Shown here: one piece after another, positions 38,178 through 52,400 of the stretch
How the letters are laid out: every line of letters begins with the position of its first letter
Position numbering within the stretch: the first letter of the stretch is position 1
DNA from: Macrostomum lignano
Taxonomy: Eukaryota
Assembly: GCA_002269645.1 (NCBI GenBank)
Contig: NIVC01002595.1
Coordinates: 8,040 to 72,039, forward strand
Reading direction: 5' to 3'
Length of the DNA: 64,000 nt
Program-made: the position numbers and the translations under genes
Notes under the pieces: generated by a model
The model's database searches: none
Seen by the model: the letters and a program-made list of their open reading frames with translations, nothing else
What the model was told of the DNA's origin: nothing

Positions 38178-41100
38178 TCAGAGCAGCTCGTATTGGCGCA
38201 GGTGCATCCGCTGGATGATGTCGCGGCAGTCTTTGAACACCCGGCGAATATTCTCTGTGTCAACAGCGCAAGTGAAGTGCGGATAACAATAGTGCTGCTG
38301 GCTGGCATTGCGCTGATTGGCTGGCGTGACTGTGCTGATTTTCTGCGGATATCCGAATTCGGAGCTAGCGGTAGATTTGATATCTATAATATTGTAGCTA
38401 GCGGTAATTTCATATCTATAATATTGCAGCTAGCGGTAGATTTGATATCTATAATATTGTAGCTAGCGGTTGATTTGATATCTATAATATTGTAGCTAGC
38501 GGTAGATTTCATATCTATAATATTGTAGCTAGCGGTAGATTTCATATCTATAATATTGTAGCTAGCGGTAATTTCATATCTATAATATTGCAGCTAGCGG
38601 TAATTTCATATCTATAATATTGCAGCTAGCGGTTGATTTGATATCTATAATATTGTAGCTAGCGGTAGATTTCATATCTATAATATTGTAGCTAGCGGTA
38701 GATTTGATATCTACCAGTATAATATTGTAGCTAGCGGTAGATTTCATATCTATAATATTGTAGCTAGCGGTAGATTTCATATCTATAATATTGTAGCTAG
38801 CGGTAGATTTCATATCTGTAATATTGTAGCTAGCGGTAGATTTGATATGTATAATATTGTAGCTATCGGTAGATTTGATATCTATAATATTGTAGCTAGC
38901 GGTAGATTTGATATCTAAATGATTGTAGCTAGCGGTAGATTTGATATCTATAATATTGTAGCTAGCGGTAGATTTGATATATATCTACTGTTGTAGTTAT
39001 GGGTATATTTGATATCTACTGTTGTAGCTATGGGTATATTTGAAATCTACTGTTGTAGATATGGGTATATTTGATATCTACTGTTGTAGCTATGGGTAGA
39101 TTTGATAGCTACTGTTGTAGCTATGGGTAGATTTGATAGCTACTATTGTAGCTATGGGTAGATTTGATAGCTACTATTGTAGCTATGGGTAGATTTGATA
39201 TCTCTATTTTGTAGCTATCCGCGAATTTTCATAACTATATTAATTTAGCTCGCGGCAGTTTTACACCGCTGATTGTGTAGATAGCGGCAGTTTTGGATTT
39301 CTATTTCAAGACTTAGCAGCTCTATTTGATTAAGTTTCTTCAAGTTATTACTTTTAGTAGTAAGAAGCAGAGAAAGGCCATTATTAATTATGCTAAATTC
39401 AAATATGGTCGAAGTCATCCTGAGCTAAAAATTGCTGTGACTCACCAAGAACTGATCTCTGATAAAGTACTTCGCCCGAAGCACTTCCATGTCTTCAGAA
39501 TCCGGATTGCTTACTGCACAGGCGAGTAGGGCGAAGCAGGAATGAAATAATGTAAGACGTCATAATAATCGTAATTATAATGTCTGTTCAGAATCAGACA
39601 TTCTCTTACAGAATGAAGTAAGGAGAGCCCGCTTAAAAAGTTTGGGACGAAAGCTTGGGACATAAAATGAGGTGCCATTAAATTATTCAAAGCTCTAGAG
39701 CGGCCCCGACACTGCAGAGTAGTGGAACTGCTCAAACACACTCGCGCATAGAGGCTGGGAATGCTTTGAAGCGAGACGCCAAGTAGCTAGCAAAGATAAG
39801 CCAGCCTTACTAAATATAAGAACTGAGATCAATGGAGACCCTAGCAAAGTGCAAACTCTGAGTCAATTAATTTTCAAGCTTGTCAGCAAGTTAAATATAA
39901 GCTGACCTTCTAAATATCAAACTGAACCTAGCCTAAAAACCGGGGGATTATAATTAATATAACAATTTGCTTACCACCTTCCGAAGGCAGATTGTAGTCC
40001 TTGTATTCGTGAAAGTAATGCTCTAATTTAGACTTGCCGGCCAGGATTTTCTCCGCTAGCAGATCCTGCTTATTCAGGAATAGGATCACGGAGATGGATC
40101 GCAGGTATCTGGAATTCATCATTGGCGAGTTTGGGACGGCTGAAATGTGCTGCAATTGAAGCTGAAAGGCTTGGCTATTGCGGTATGAAAAGCCTAATAA
40201 GTAAAAAATCAATCAGGTTAGCAGAGGCTACGGAAGTAAGCTCGAGGATCTGGAATGTTGGAACTCCTCAGCCTGAGGATCTGGAATGTTGGAACTCCTC
40301 AGCCTGAGGATCTGGAATGTTGGAACTCCTCAGCCTGAGGATCTGGAATGTTGGAACTCCTCACAGCCTGAGGATCTGGAATGTTGGAACTCCTCACAGC
40401 CTGAGGATCTGAGGTGTTGGAACTCCTCACAGCCTGAGGATCTGAGGTGTTGGAATTCCTCACAGCCTGAGGATCTGAGGTGTTAGAACTCCTCACAGCC
40501 TGAGGATCTGAGGTGTTGGAATTCCTCACAGCCTGAGGATCTGAGGTGTTGGAATCACAGCCTGAGGATCTGAGATGTTGGAACTCCTCACAGCATGAGG
40601 ATCTGAGGTGTTGGAATCACAGCCTGAGGATCTGAGGTGTTGGAATCACAGCCTGAGGATCTGAGGTGTTGGAACTCTTAACAGCCTGAAGATCTGAGGT
40701 GTTGGAATCACAGCCTGAGGATCTGAGATGTTGGAATCACAGCCTGAGGATCTGAGGTGTTGGAATCACAGCCTGAGGAGCTGAGATGTTGGAATCACAG
40801 CCTGAAGATCTGAGGTGTTGGAATCACAGCCTGAGGATCTGAGGTGTTGGAATCACAGCCTGAGGATCTGAGGTGTTGGAATCACAGCCTGGGGATCTGA
40901 GGTGTTGGAATCACAGCCTGAGGATCTGAGATGTTGGAATTACAGCCTGGGGATCTGATGTTGGAATCACAGCCTGAGGATCTGGAATGTTGGAATCACA
41001 GCCTGAGGATCTGAGATGTTGGAATCACAGCCTGGGGATCTGAGGTGTTGGAATCACAGCCTGAGGATCTGAGATGTTGGAATTACAGCCTGGGGATCTG

Positions 41101-42255
41101 ATGTTGGAATCACAGCCTGAGGATCTGGAATGTTGGAATCACAGCCTGAGGATCTGGAATGTTGGAATTACAGCCTGAGGATCTGGAATGTTGGAATTAC
41201 AGCCTGAGGATCTGAGATGTTGGAATTACAGCCTGGGGATCTGATGTTGGAATCACAGCCTGAGGATCTGGAATGTTGGAATCACAGCCTGAGGATCTGA
41301 GATGTTGGAATTACAGCCTGAGGATCTGAGGTGTTGGAATCACAGCCTGAGGATCTGAGATGTTGGAATCACAGCCTGGGGATCTGAGGTGTTGGAATCA
41401 CAGCCTGAGGATCTGAGATGTTGGAATTACAGCCTGGGGATCTGATGTTGGAATCACAGCCTGAGGATCTGGAATGTTGGAATCACAGCCTGAGGATCTG
41501 AGATGTTGGAATTACAGCCTGAGGATCTGAGATGTTGGAATCACAGCCTGAGGATCTGAGATGTTGGAATTACAGCCTGGGGATCTGATGTTGGAATCAC
41601 AGCCTGAGGATCTGGAATGTTGGAATCACAGCCTGAGGATCTGGAATGTTGGAATCACAGCCTGAGGATCTGAGATGTTGGAATCACAGCCTGAGGATCT
41701 GAGATGTTGGAATTACAGCCTGAGGATCTGAGATGTTGGAATTACAGCCTGAGGATCTGGAATGTTGGAATCACAGCCTGAGGATCTGAGATGTTGGAAT
41801 CACAGCCTGAGGAGCTGAGATGTTAGTCTGAGAAGAGTCGTACACACAATCGGTTACAGAGATCGGAGCTTACTGGTGGACAGCAATAGAGGCATATTTA
41901 TAATCGGTTAAGTACAACCAGACCTGAAATATAATCGCAGCATAAGAGCCGCATCGGAGAGAGAGATGTATATATACCATTGTATAGACTATATAATGCT
42001 ATGCATGCAGACCCAGGCAATCAGAAGGCGCATATGTGCACACCTAGACAGCACAGCGAAGACAGCAGCGAGAAAAGGGAGAAAGAGAGAGAGAGAAAGA
42101 GAGAGATGGGGAAAAGGAGAGGGGCTGGGATAAATGAATTTCCTTCGCTGCCTTCTTCACCCGAAGTCAGTAGCTACTCTCTCCCTCTCTCTCTCTCTCG
42201 CTTCAACCCTGAGACTGCTGCTCTCTTTTTTTTTTCCTACGTTCCAAAAGCGACC

Positions 42256-42286
<31 letters not shown>

Positions 42287-43315
42287 AGGGGAAGGATCGG
42301 CTCAATCCCTACTCAAGCTCCCGTCTTACCAAGGTCGGTCGGTGTCTCCCAGCAGTCTTAAGCCTACCCTGGCAAGCAAGGCGCAAAAGTTTGCAATAAG
42401 AGGGGGGGGGTGGGGCTGCAGGAATAGCGGATCGCATGGATGCTCTGGGATGTCGAGACAGACAGACAGAGAGAGAGAGAGAAAAAAATGAGGCAAAATC
42501 TTTGAGTGAGGCTCGGACAGGACTGAAAATAAGGCTAGCTGATCTGACAGGGACGGGCCAAGAAGAGAGCACTGCGAGCCCGTTGGAGCTAAGAATATGC
42601 GGATGAGAAATATAGAAGGCTGGAAAGAAACGGACAGACAGACAGACAAGACAGAAATAGAGATGAGAAATGACACATACGATTGCATCTATAGCCAATA
42701 AATACACAGATTGTACAAATATAGTACTGAGTCGATACGCCAGCTACTAGTATATAAAAAAATTGTAATAAAAAAACAGGAAGAAGGCCAATTATTCAGC
42801 AAGTGATGAAACTGCCTGAGATAGACGGCACATAGATCAGATCTGAGCAGCTTGAGAGCCCATAGTAGAGGGATAAATAGAGAATGTCGCAGGCTAAAAA
42901 AAGATAGTGCGCCCTTTCATCATCAGCCGCGATGAGGCGAGAAAGATGCAAGTCGACCAGTCCAGCAACCCCTGCCCTTGAGTCCTCCGTTCTGCCACGC
43001 GTAATTAAAGACGCGACCGCCAGACCCAGGAAGGGTGCGCAGAGCAGAGCAGAGACCGATCCAACCCGTCTCAGCTGCCTCACCTTATTCAGCCGTATTC
43101 GCCCGCACACACCCGGCAATCAAGTCTTTATTTGTAATTTTGGCGCTAAGCTTCTGCGAATGTCTGACATCACTGCTTTTCTTCGTCAAGTCTGCGGCTT
43201 AAAGCAGAATAAACCATTTTTCACAGCTCCATCAAAGTGTGGCTTTGTAAATCAATAATTGAAATACGCTCGTATATCTTAGTGCCTGTCTGTCTGTCCG
43301 TCCGTCCGTCTGTCC

Positions 43316-43403
<88 letters not shown>

Positions 43404-46400
43404 GCGAGCCGTGCCGGCAGCCCAGCGCTCCCCTCTCACCGGTTGGTCCAGATAGACTGGAACAGGTCCAGGCTCTCCTTCAGCCGATTTTGAGACGGAT
43501 CCTCGCGCAGCACCATGTTGTAGGATGAGGAGGCGGTCACAAAGATGATTGCGGTGACATCGTTAAAGCACTGAATCCATTTTCTGCGCTCCTCGCGCTG
43601 ACCGCCAACGTCGAACATGTGAAACTGGACTTTGTCAACGCAGAACTTCGTCTCAAAGATGCCGGACGTGAGGACACGGCAGCGAAGGATGTCCTGCTCC
43701 GAAGGCTCGTAGTCGGCGCGACCGACCTCTTCGGCTTTGTCCAGAAAGCTGTTAGGGAGTCGGGATTTGGAAAATGCCTTTATTATGGCTGGAATACACT
43801 TGTAACAATATTGCCACTAGACTTGTAGGCAGCAATAGTTTCTATATAAAAAAATAATAAATGCACTTTTTCATAATCATAATTCGTGAAAGAACGCCGC
43901 CGCGCGATTCTCAAATTACAAAGAAGGAAATGAGCGGAGCCGAAAAAATGAAGAGATGAACGAGTCCAAAGACCGCCGGTATGCAAATCAATGCCAGAGA
44001 GGAGAGGCAAAACTGAGGCTAGGAAAGAAAAGAAAGTGCTCGTTCACTAGTGGCCAGGGAAAAAAACTTAATTAAATTTCTAGAGGCTTTCTCAGCTGTC
44101 GAAATTACACGCAGACTATACTATGGAATCTGGCATCTGTGCCTATTGCAGTTACTCGTATAACTGGGAATGCAGCTTCGTATCTAGCGCAAAAGGCTCA
44201 AACCGCTTACCCTCAGCTATGCAGGCATAGCTATATTTGACATGACCCCCTCCCCTCAGCTATACAGGCATAGCTATATTTGAAATTACCCCCTCCCCTC
44301 AGCCTTAGAGGCATAGCTATATTTGACATGACCCCCTCCCCTCAGCTATACAGGCATAGCTATATTTGAAATTACCCCCTCCCCTCAGCTTTACAGGCAT
44401 AGCTATATTTGACATGACCCCCTCCCCTCAGCTATACAGGCATAGCTATATTTGACATGACCCCCTCCCCTCAGCTATACAGGCATAGCTATATTTGACA
44501 TGACCCCCTCCCCTCAGCTATACAGGCATAGCTATATTTGAAATTACCCCCTCCCCTCAGCCATACAGGCATAGCTATATTTGACATGACTCCCTACCCT
44601 CAGCTATACAGGCATAGCTATATTTGACATGACCCCCTACCCTCAGCTATACAGGCATAGCTATATTTGACATGACCCCCTCCCCTCAGCTATACAGGCA
44701 TAGCTATATTTGACATGACTCCCTCCCCTCAGCTATACAGGCATAGCTATATTTGACATGACTCCCTCCCCTCAGCTATACAGGCATAGCTATATTTGAC
44801 ATGACCCCCTCCCCTCAGCTATACAGGCATAGCTATATTTGACATGACCCCCTCCCCTCAGCTATACAGACATAGCTATATTTGACATGACCCCCTCCCC
44901 TCAGCCATACAGGCATAGCTATATTTGACATGACCCCCTTCACTCAGCTATACAGGCATAGCTATATTTGACATGACTCCCTCCCCTCAGCTATACAGGC
45001 ATAGCTATATTTGACATGACCCCCTTCACTCAGCTATACAGGCATAGCTATATTTGACATGACCCCCTCCCCTCAGCCATACAGGCATAGCTATATTTGA
45101 CATGACCCCTCCCTTCCTTGCTTCAATCTCCTTCGACTTTGTTCACCTTCATTCTTCCCTCTCTACTCCACCGCCGTCTCGCTGCACTCCACCTACAGCT
45201 TGCAGCCATATCACCTTCAGTAGGGCGTGAAAAATATAGGCAGTGGCGAGGCTAAAAAAAAGAAGAAGTCCCCTGTCTCCGGTTCTCTTCTATAGGCGCA
45301 GAGAAATTTCTGTAGCAGACACACCAAGAAGCGTACAACGAGAGAAATTAGACCGAGAGAGGGAAGGCAGAAAGAATAATGCAATCATGCATATAGTACT
45401 GAAAAAGTACATATTCTGGGATTTTGGTCAGCCTTTTTTTAGCTGCCAAATTAGACTCTTTCCCCATATGCATAGCATAGCATAGTTTTTAAAGCCCGGC
45501 CAAGCAGATATTCTCTAACAAAATTTCCTATTAAAATAATACCCAAAAATGTCTTCAAAAGTTCCCTTTTAGGAGAAGCAATAAGTAATGAGCCGAAGGC
45601 AGCTCCCTGGGATAGTTCTGTAGCCAAAAAAAGCTGAGGTGTGCAAAGAAGGGCAAATCAAGCCAAGGGACCATCCCTGCGCAGAGTGCGGTAGCCAGTT
45701 AGAGTCTTAGAAAAGACCCAAGGCAGAAAGGAGGAGGGAGGATCTTCGCACACGGCAGTGCAATAAAGTACCAATAGGACAGAGGTTGGCGCAGTTCCTA
45801 CACCCCAGGCAAGGGGAAACGAACTGGACTTTTAAGGCGGGGGGGGAGATATGAGGAGACAGAGTAAGGCTGGGGGGAGGCTGAAAGAAAGGGGAACGCA
45901 AGAGTTGCGGGCACGAGGAGAGTGGGATAGCCCAGGGGGGTGGAAGGATTCAGGCGTACAAGAACTTTGCCAGATTTGCAAATCGCCGGGAAAGTGCAGC
46001 TAAGCTAGGGGGGGGGGGAGGGAAGAGAAATAACTGGGGATAGCCGGCCGGGGGAGGGAGAATATTCCCCTTCTCGATACCTCCCGAACAGTTCGCGTCC
46101 CCTCCGCTGCTCTCCGCATGCCGCCGCGGCCTGGCCCTTTCTAAAAAAATGTTGGATCTAAGCCTGCGGCAGCCCCGAGCGCCTCGGGAAGAAATATGAT
46201 GAAGAGAGAAAGGGATGCATGGCGGCCCAAAAGAGAAAAAAGTCCCCCCCCCATATTAGCGCTCCGCCTACGTCTCCCATATAGAGGCCAGCCTGTTACT
46301 AGAATGGAAGAAGAGATGCAGCGGCTGAGGCACAAGTAGATACGGGAGCATAGTTTGCCCATATTTAGCGTACTGGGGCGCACACAGGCCGCATCTGCTA

Positions 46401-49400
46401 ACAGATGTGCTATTTACGACGCAATTTAAAATTTTTTTTTATATTCCATTAACAATTCGTAGCGAACTCACAATTAAGTCTGATTGATAAGCTCAATCAC
46501 CCGTGTGAGCGTGTTGTGAGTGCGTGCCTGTGTACAGTATTGACGAGCTTGTGTATGAGCTCAGTAGGGTGGTCCACAAATTATTGTAAGAACATTGTTT
46601 TTGAATACATTGCGATTAATCCATTGCGACTGTAATTAAGACCATAGGAAGTTAGGATGCAAAATATAACTTACTGTATGCATTAGTAATCAGTGGACAA
46701 TAGTGACAGAAATGGTTTCACTTTAATAGGCAAATATGACAATTGTAAAGTAAAATTTTAAGACTGTCACTAAATGGGCCGTTTTTACCACCATTTTTCA
46801 TGCGAAACTTGTTGCATTGAGCAACCTCTTCGAAATTTTAGAAAGGACAATTTTTTATGTGAGCCATTCTTTTATCAAACATTAGACATTTTGAGGGGCT
46901 CAAGTTTCACTTCTTAAAAACAATGTTTTTACATCGTGTGGGTGTGAAAAAGTTTTGAAATCAAGAATTTAATTCTCTATTGATGCCAACTGGAACATGG
47001 GCAGTTCTTCACTACTCACTATTTAGCGCAGTCGATCAGCTGGTACTCGTTAATTCTCTATTGATGCTAACTGGAACATGGGCAGTTCTTCACTACTCAC
47101 TATTTAGCGCAGTCGATCAGCTGGTACTCGTTAATTCTCTATTGATGCTAACTGGAACATGGGCAGTTCTTCACTACTCACTATTTAGCGCAGTCGATCA
47201 GCTGGTACTCGTTAATTCTCTATTGATGCTAACTGGAACATGGGCAGTTCTTCACTACTCACTATTTAGCGCAGTCGATCAGCTGGTACTCGTTAATTCT
47301 CTATTGATGCCAACTGGAACATGGGCAGTTCTTCACTACTCACTATTTAGCGCAGTCGATCAGCTGGTACTCGTTAATTCTCTATTGATGCTAACTGGAA
47401 CATGGGCAGTTCTTCACTACTCACTATTTAGCGCAGTCGATCAGCTGGTACTCGTTAATTCTCTATTGATGCTAACTGGAACATGGGCAGTTCTTCACTA
47501 CTCACTATTTAGCGCAGTCGATCAGCTGGTACTCGTTAATTCTCTATTGATGCTAACTGGAACATGGGCAGTTCTTCACTACTCACTATTTAGCGCAGTC
47601 GATCAGCTGGTACTCGTTAATTCTCTATTGATGCTAACTGGAACATGGGCAGTTCTTCACTACTCACTATTTAGCGCAGTCGATCAGCTGGTACTCGTTA
47701 ATTCTCTATTGATGCCAACTGGAACATGGGCAGTTCTTCACTACTCACTATTTAGCGCAGTCGATCAGCTGGTACTCGTTAATTCTCTATTGATGCTAAC
47801 TGGAACATGGGCAGTTCTTCACTACTCACTATTTAGCGCAGTCGATCAGCTGGTACTCGTTAATTCTCTATTGATGCCAACTGGAACATGGGCAGTACTT
47901 CACTACTCACTATTTAGCGCAGTCGATCAGCTGGTACTCGTTAGACCGGTCAAACGAGGCCCGCACCCCGGCATCGTTCCACAGCTTGATAGTGTATTGG
48001 AAAAACTCCGGCGGATAATCGAAATCCGGTTTAGTAGCCTCGTTCTGCACATAGTTAATGTACTCTTCGTAGTCTGCGTGCTCCAGCGTCACTGGTGGGC
48101 TCAGGTTGCTCATAGCGCCAGTTATTGACAGGATTGCATCGCGGATGTTCTTCTTGATGTCCATAATTTTCTGGCGCTTTTCTCTGGCAAACATAGCCGC
48201 AGGGGTGGAGATATTTTATTGGGGAGCACGAGAATTTCCCCAAAAAAGTTTTTCACCGAGGTTTGCCCGCCGAGATATCTCCGTCAAGATTTTCCCGCAG
48301 CGAGGTTTTCCCGCGAGAGTTTTTCCAGTTGGAATTTCGAGTAAAATCTAGTCTATAGACAATGTTGGACTAGATTAGAACTAGACTAGATTAGAACTAG
48401 ACTAGAGTAGATTTCAAATCGGATTGGATTTGACTTGAAATACCGACTGGAAAACCCTGCGGGAAAACCTCGGCGGGCAAACCACAACGGGAAAACTTCC
48501 TGTGGGAAATTCTAATAGACATTTTATTGGCTATGCACAAAGGCCTACTGTGTGGGGGGATTCACCTGCAACCCGTAGCCACCCCTGAAGGACACTGAGG
48601 ATTAGCGGCACCCACAACTGAAGGACACTGAGGATTAGCGGTACCCACAACTGAAGGACACTGAGGATTAGCGGCACCCACAACTGAAGGACACTGAGGA
48701 TTAGCGGTACCCACAACTGAAGGACACTGAGGATTAGCGGTACCCACAACTGAAGGACACTGAGGATTAGCGGTACCCACAACTGAAGGACACTGAGGAT
48801 TAGCGGCACCCACAACTGAAGGACACTGAGGATTAGCGGCACCCACAACTGAAGGACACTGAGGATCATAATAAGTTGAAGTTTTTACTTACTCTGGACT
48901 GAAGCCATTGATATGCAGAATTCGCATCTGTTTAACAATAGTACTTTTGCCAGATTCTCCAGCTCCTAAAATAATTGCATTATTGAAATTAATAACAGAG
49001 TAACTTACTAAATTTCACTTGTAATTCTGCTTAATAAACTAATTAAAGTATCTTACAAAACAGTATTAAAATAAATTTAATTTCATATATACCATAGCAA
49101 AGATCATGCTAAGCTTATATTAGAAAAGTTTTAGCCTTACTAAGGTTTATGCCATGTATATCAAAGGAAAAAACTTTATAAGCTTGCAATTGACAAATAC
49201 AATGATTTTTGCTAATTGCATTATGTAAAATTTTTAGATTATTTGTTTTATTATTGATTATAAATTTATTTGAGTAAATTTTAAAGATAGTTTATGGACT
49301 TACAATATAAGTAACCTAATATACTAAATAAATATACAAATAATATTAATTCCAATCAAATAAAGTACTAGGAAGGTTTCCTAGTACTTTATTTGTTATT

Positions 49401-52400
49401 TTTCAAGTGCATATAGCTCGTAGTACTAATTGATTCATTTATCCACATAGGATATATAATATAATCATAGAATTGTTACATAAAAATTGCTATGTGCTAA
49501 AATAGTCTAATTTTTGTTCAGAATTCTAGTAACAAGGATTCTAAACTAGTCTGCATAGATCCCCATTTGCTCTAATCTACAATGATTAAAGGCTCATTCC
49601 ATATAAGCATGGTCGTAACATGACAGGCTATTTTTACTTATAAAATGAAATATAATAATAGAATATACTAAACCAATATTTTAAATGAAAGATAATTTTG
49701 TCAAAAATATTTTTATAGAGTTTCATGTAGATATCATCATTAGTATAGATGCTATTAAACCTTGAATGGCACTTATGGTCGTAACAACAGGATTTTTGAC
49801 ATATAGAAACTAAAAGGTAAAAGTCTTATAACATTTTTATTTTTGATATTTTGCAATACATTTTTTAAAATTTGACTCAGAACATCTTTAGTAATCATAC
49901 TCTTTTTGTAGAATATATAAACTCAAAAAGGCAACAAAGATACAAAAGAAAAGGCAGCCTTATGGTCATAACATTATGGTCGTAACATATTTTTTTCTGT
50001 CAATTTAGTAACTTTGAGGTACCAATATATTAAAAATATAATAGATTATTTGGTCACCAATACTTTTATCTGATGATGCAAGTACTATACTTTTATCTAT
50101 AGTTTGTTTCAACCTTCCAAAGCTTTCTATTTGTTTTTAAAAGGTACACAAACTTAATGATGTCTTTTGCTTAGAAAAATGTCTAAATTTTTACGAAAAT
50201 GACTTTTTGCCACTTGATAGCATACTAATCTAACATTTTATCATTCATTTATTCTTAGATTGTAGATATTACACATAAAAAACATTTGGTAAAAAAATTG
50301 GCTGATAAGGCAATGGCAAGCAAAAATATTGACTTTTTTCTATTTTCCAAAAATGTCCATCTTATATGGAATGAGCCTAAAGATGTTCTTAATAACAAAT
50401 ATTTGCATATCATAGGGTATAAGGCACCCTTATAATGGGTGAAATGGTATGTAAAATTGTTTTTTCAATATGCCATATTTATGATTTCTTTCTATATGCA
50501 ATAGTTTTCAAACATTATTTTTTCAAATTTGGACCTTGGTAATATTGGAAATAGTTAAGGATTTGACAAGATTTCAATCTCAAAGCAATCTCTAGCACCA
50601 AATCCTTTAGGTTAATTGGTACTTTATCCCCTGAGCCTTGGTCTAATAGCCACATTTATTAATAGCCATTATACCCCCCTAGTCTATTGGCTAAATTCAT
50701 TGATGACTACTGGAAGCACAAACTTTACCAGCTAAAAAATTGCCAGCCAAATGTTGCTGGCTGGAAAGTTGCAAGCTAGAAAGTAGCAAGTTGCCTAGAA
50801 TAAGGAGTAGTGCAGTATATATAGCAATATATTGTTTAGGAAACTTTAAGTTTAGGAAGTTTAGGAAACTTCAACTTTATTAGCACTCTTTACTAGAGGT
50901 TTGGTTAAATTTTGGGAACTATTCTAGCTGCCTAACTTACTACACTATTATATAGGTTTAACACTTTCAGTTTATTATTATATAATAAACAAGAGATATA
51001 AGAGAGTAGACAGAAAATAAAGAGAAAAAAAGTAAAAAAAGACAAGAAAAAAAGATATGAGAGGAGAGAAAAGAGAAGAGAGAATATAGGGAAAAGAAGA
51101 AAGAGAAGAGAGAAAAAAGAGTAAAGAAGAGATAAGACAATACCATTGTCATGAAGGTAGCATTTGCCAGGGAAAAATTTAGTATATATAAGGGTCTAAG
51201 ATGCACTTAGCATACAATCACAGTGCATACAGGGGATCTACAATGCTCTTGGTGAATAATCAGTGCACACAAAAGATCCCTGTTGCACTTGGCATATACT
51301 TGTAATCATGGCAGAGATTAAGATTTCTAGTGCATGTGATGCACAATTGTTTTTGGCAAAATTGTTATAAAATACACAATTATTAGTTAAACTAACTTGC
51401 AGTTTATAAATGTATAATTTCTCATTTAATGAAACAGATCATCTTGAAATTCCCTGAAAATTTGTTTTGGTGCACTCTATGGCACCTTTTTGACTATAAA
51501 AAAGTAGAGAAAAGAAAGAAGGATAAAAGAAAAAGGAGACAGATAAGAGTAAAAAAAAGAGAGAAGGTTCAAAAGCTTCAAATCTTAGTTTAACACGAAT
51601 TTACTCGAATCTCCAGCTGTTAACAAGCTTTTGTTTTACTTTTAACATGAGTTTGGATTCAAGAATATATGCAAAAACAATTCCAGGATTGGAATTTAGC
51701 AGGTAAATTCATAACTTCAGATAATATATAATAAAAATGGCATAACTTCAGTTTCCTATTTTTTGGAGTTTTGGATTACTTTCTAGCATTTCTAGATTAG
51801 CAATTCAACAACCTGCTTCATTTCACTGTTTCAGATTACTATCTTGTGTGACTTAGATTTTGACAAGTAAATTTCAATTTTAGAAAACTTTCTTTCAAAA
51901 GTCATTTAAGTGTCCAGTTTTGAAATTTATCATCTAATTTTAATTTTCTTAGAACTTTGTATGAATCAATGATATTGTTATAATTTTTTAAAGTTTATTT
52001 AGATTTAATAAGTTTTATATAATAGCATATTTATATAACTATGAATTTTTTTAGAAATTTTGCAAAACTTTAAAGGGCTACAAAAGCATGTGCTGATATG
52101 TTGTATATTTTGTGTATATTATAATACATGATACATGTACATATATGTATATAGTTTATGCAATTGCAATTATTGCTTAATGATGATATATATATTAACT
52201 TGATATACATTGAACAATATTACACAAAGAAAAAATGAGAACAAAAGAAATTGCCATGTATAGAAGAGTATATATAATAAAGGAGTTACATGTCTATCTT
52301 CTCCATGTAGTCCGTGTTTCTATAATATTGTAATTGCATAATAGACAAAGATATTTTCCATCTACCTAAGTCTTGGCAATATTGTTAGAATTATCCTTTT

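Noticed and set aside
46980-48128. 382-aa plus-strand repeat protein
   Set aside because: Antisense reading of the 81-bp G-alpha-s junction repeat and exon 3.
48531-48600. VAGES peptide resembling the G-protein P-loop
   Set aside because: Coincidental; the true AGESGKST exon is at 48965-48893.
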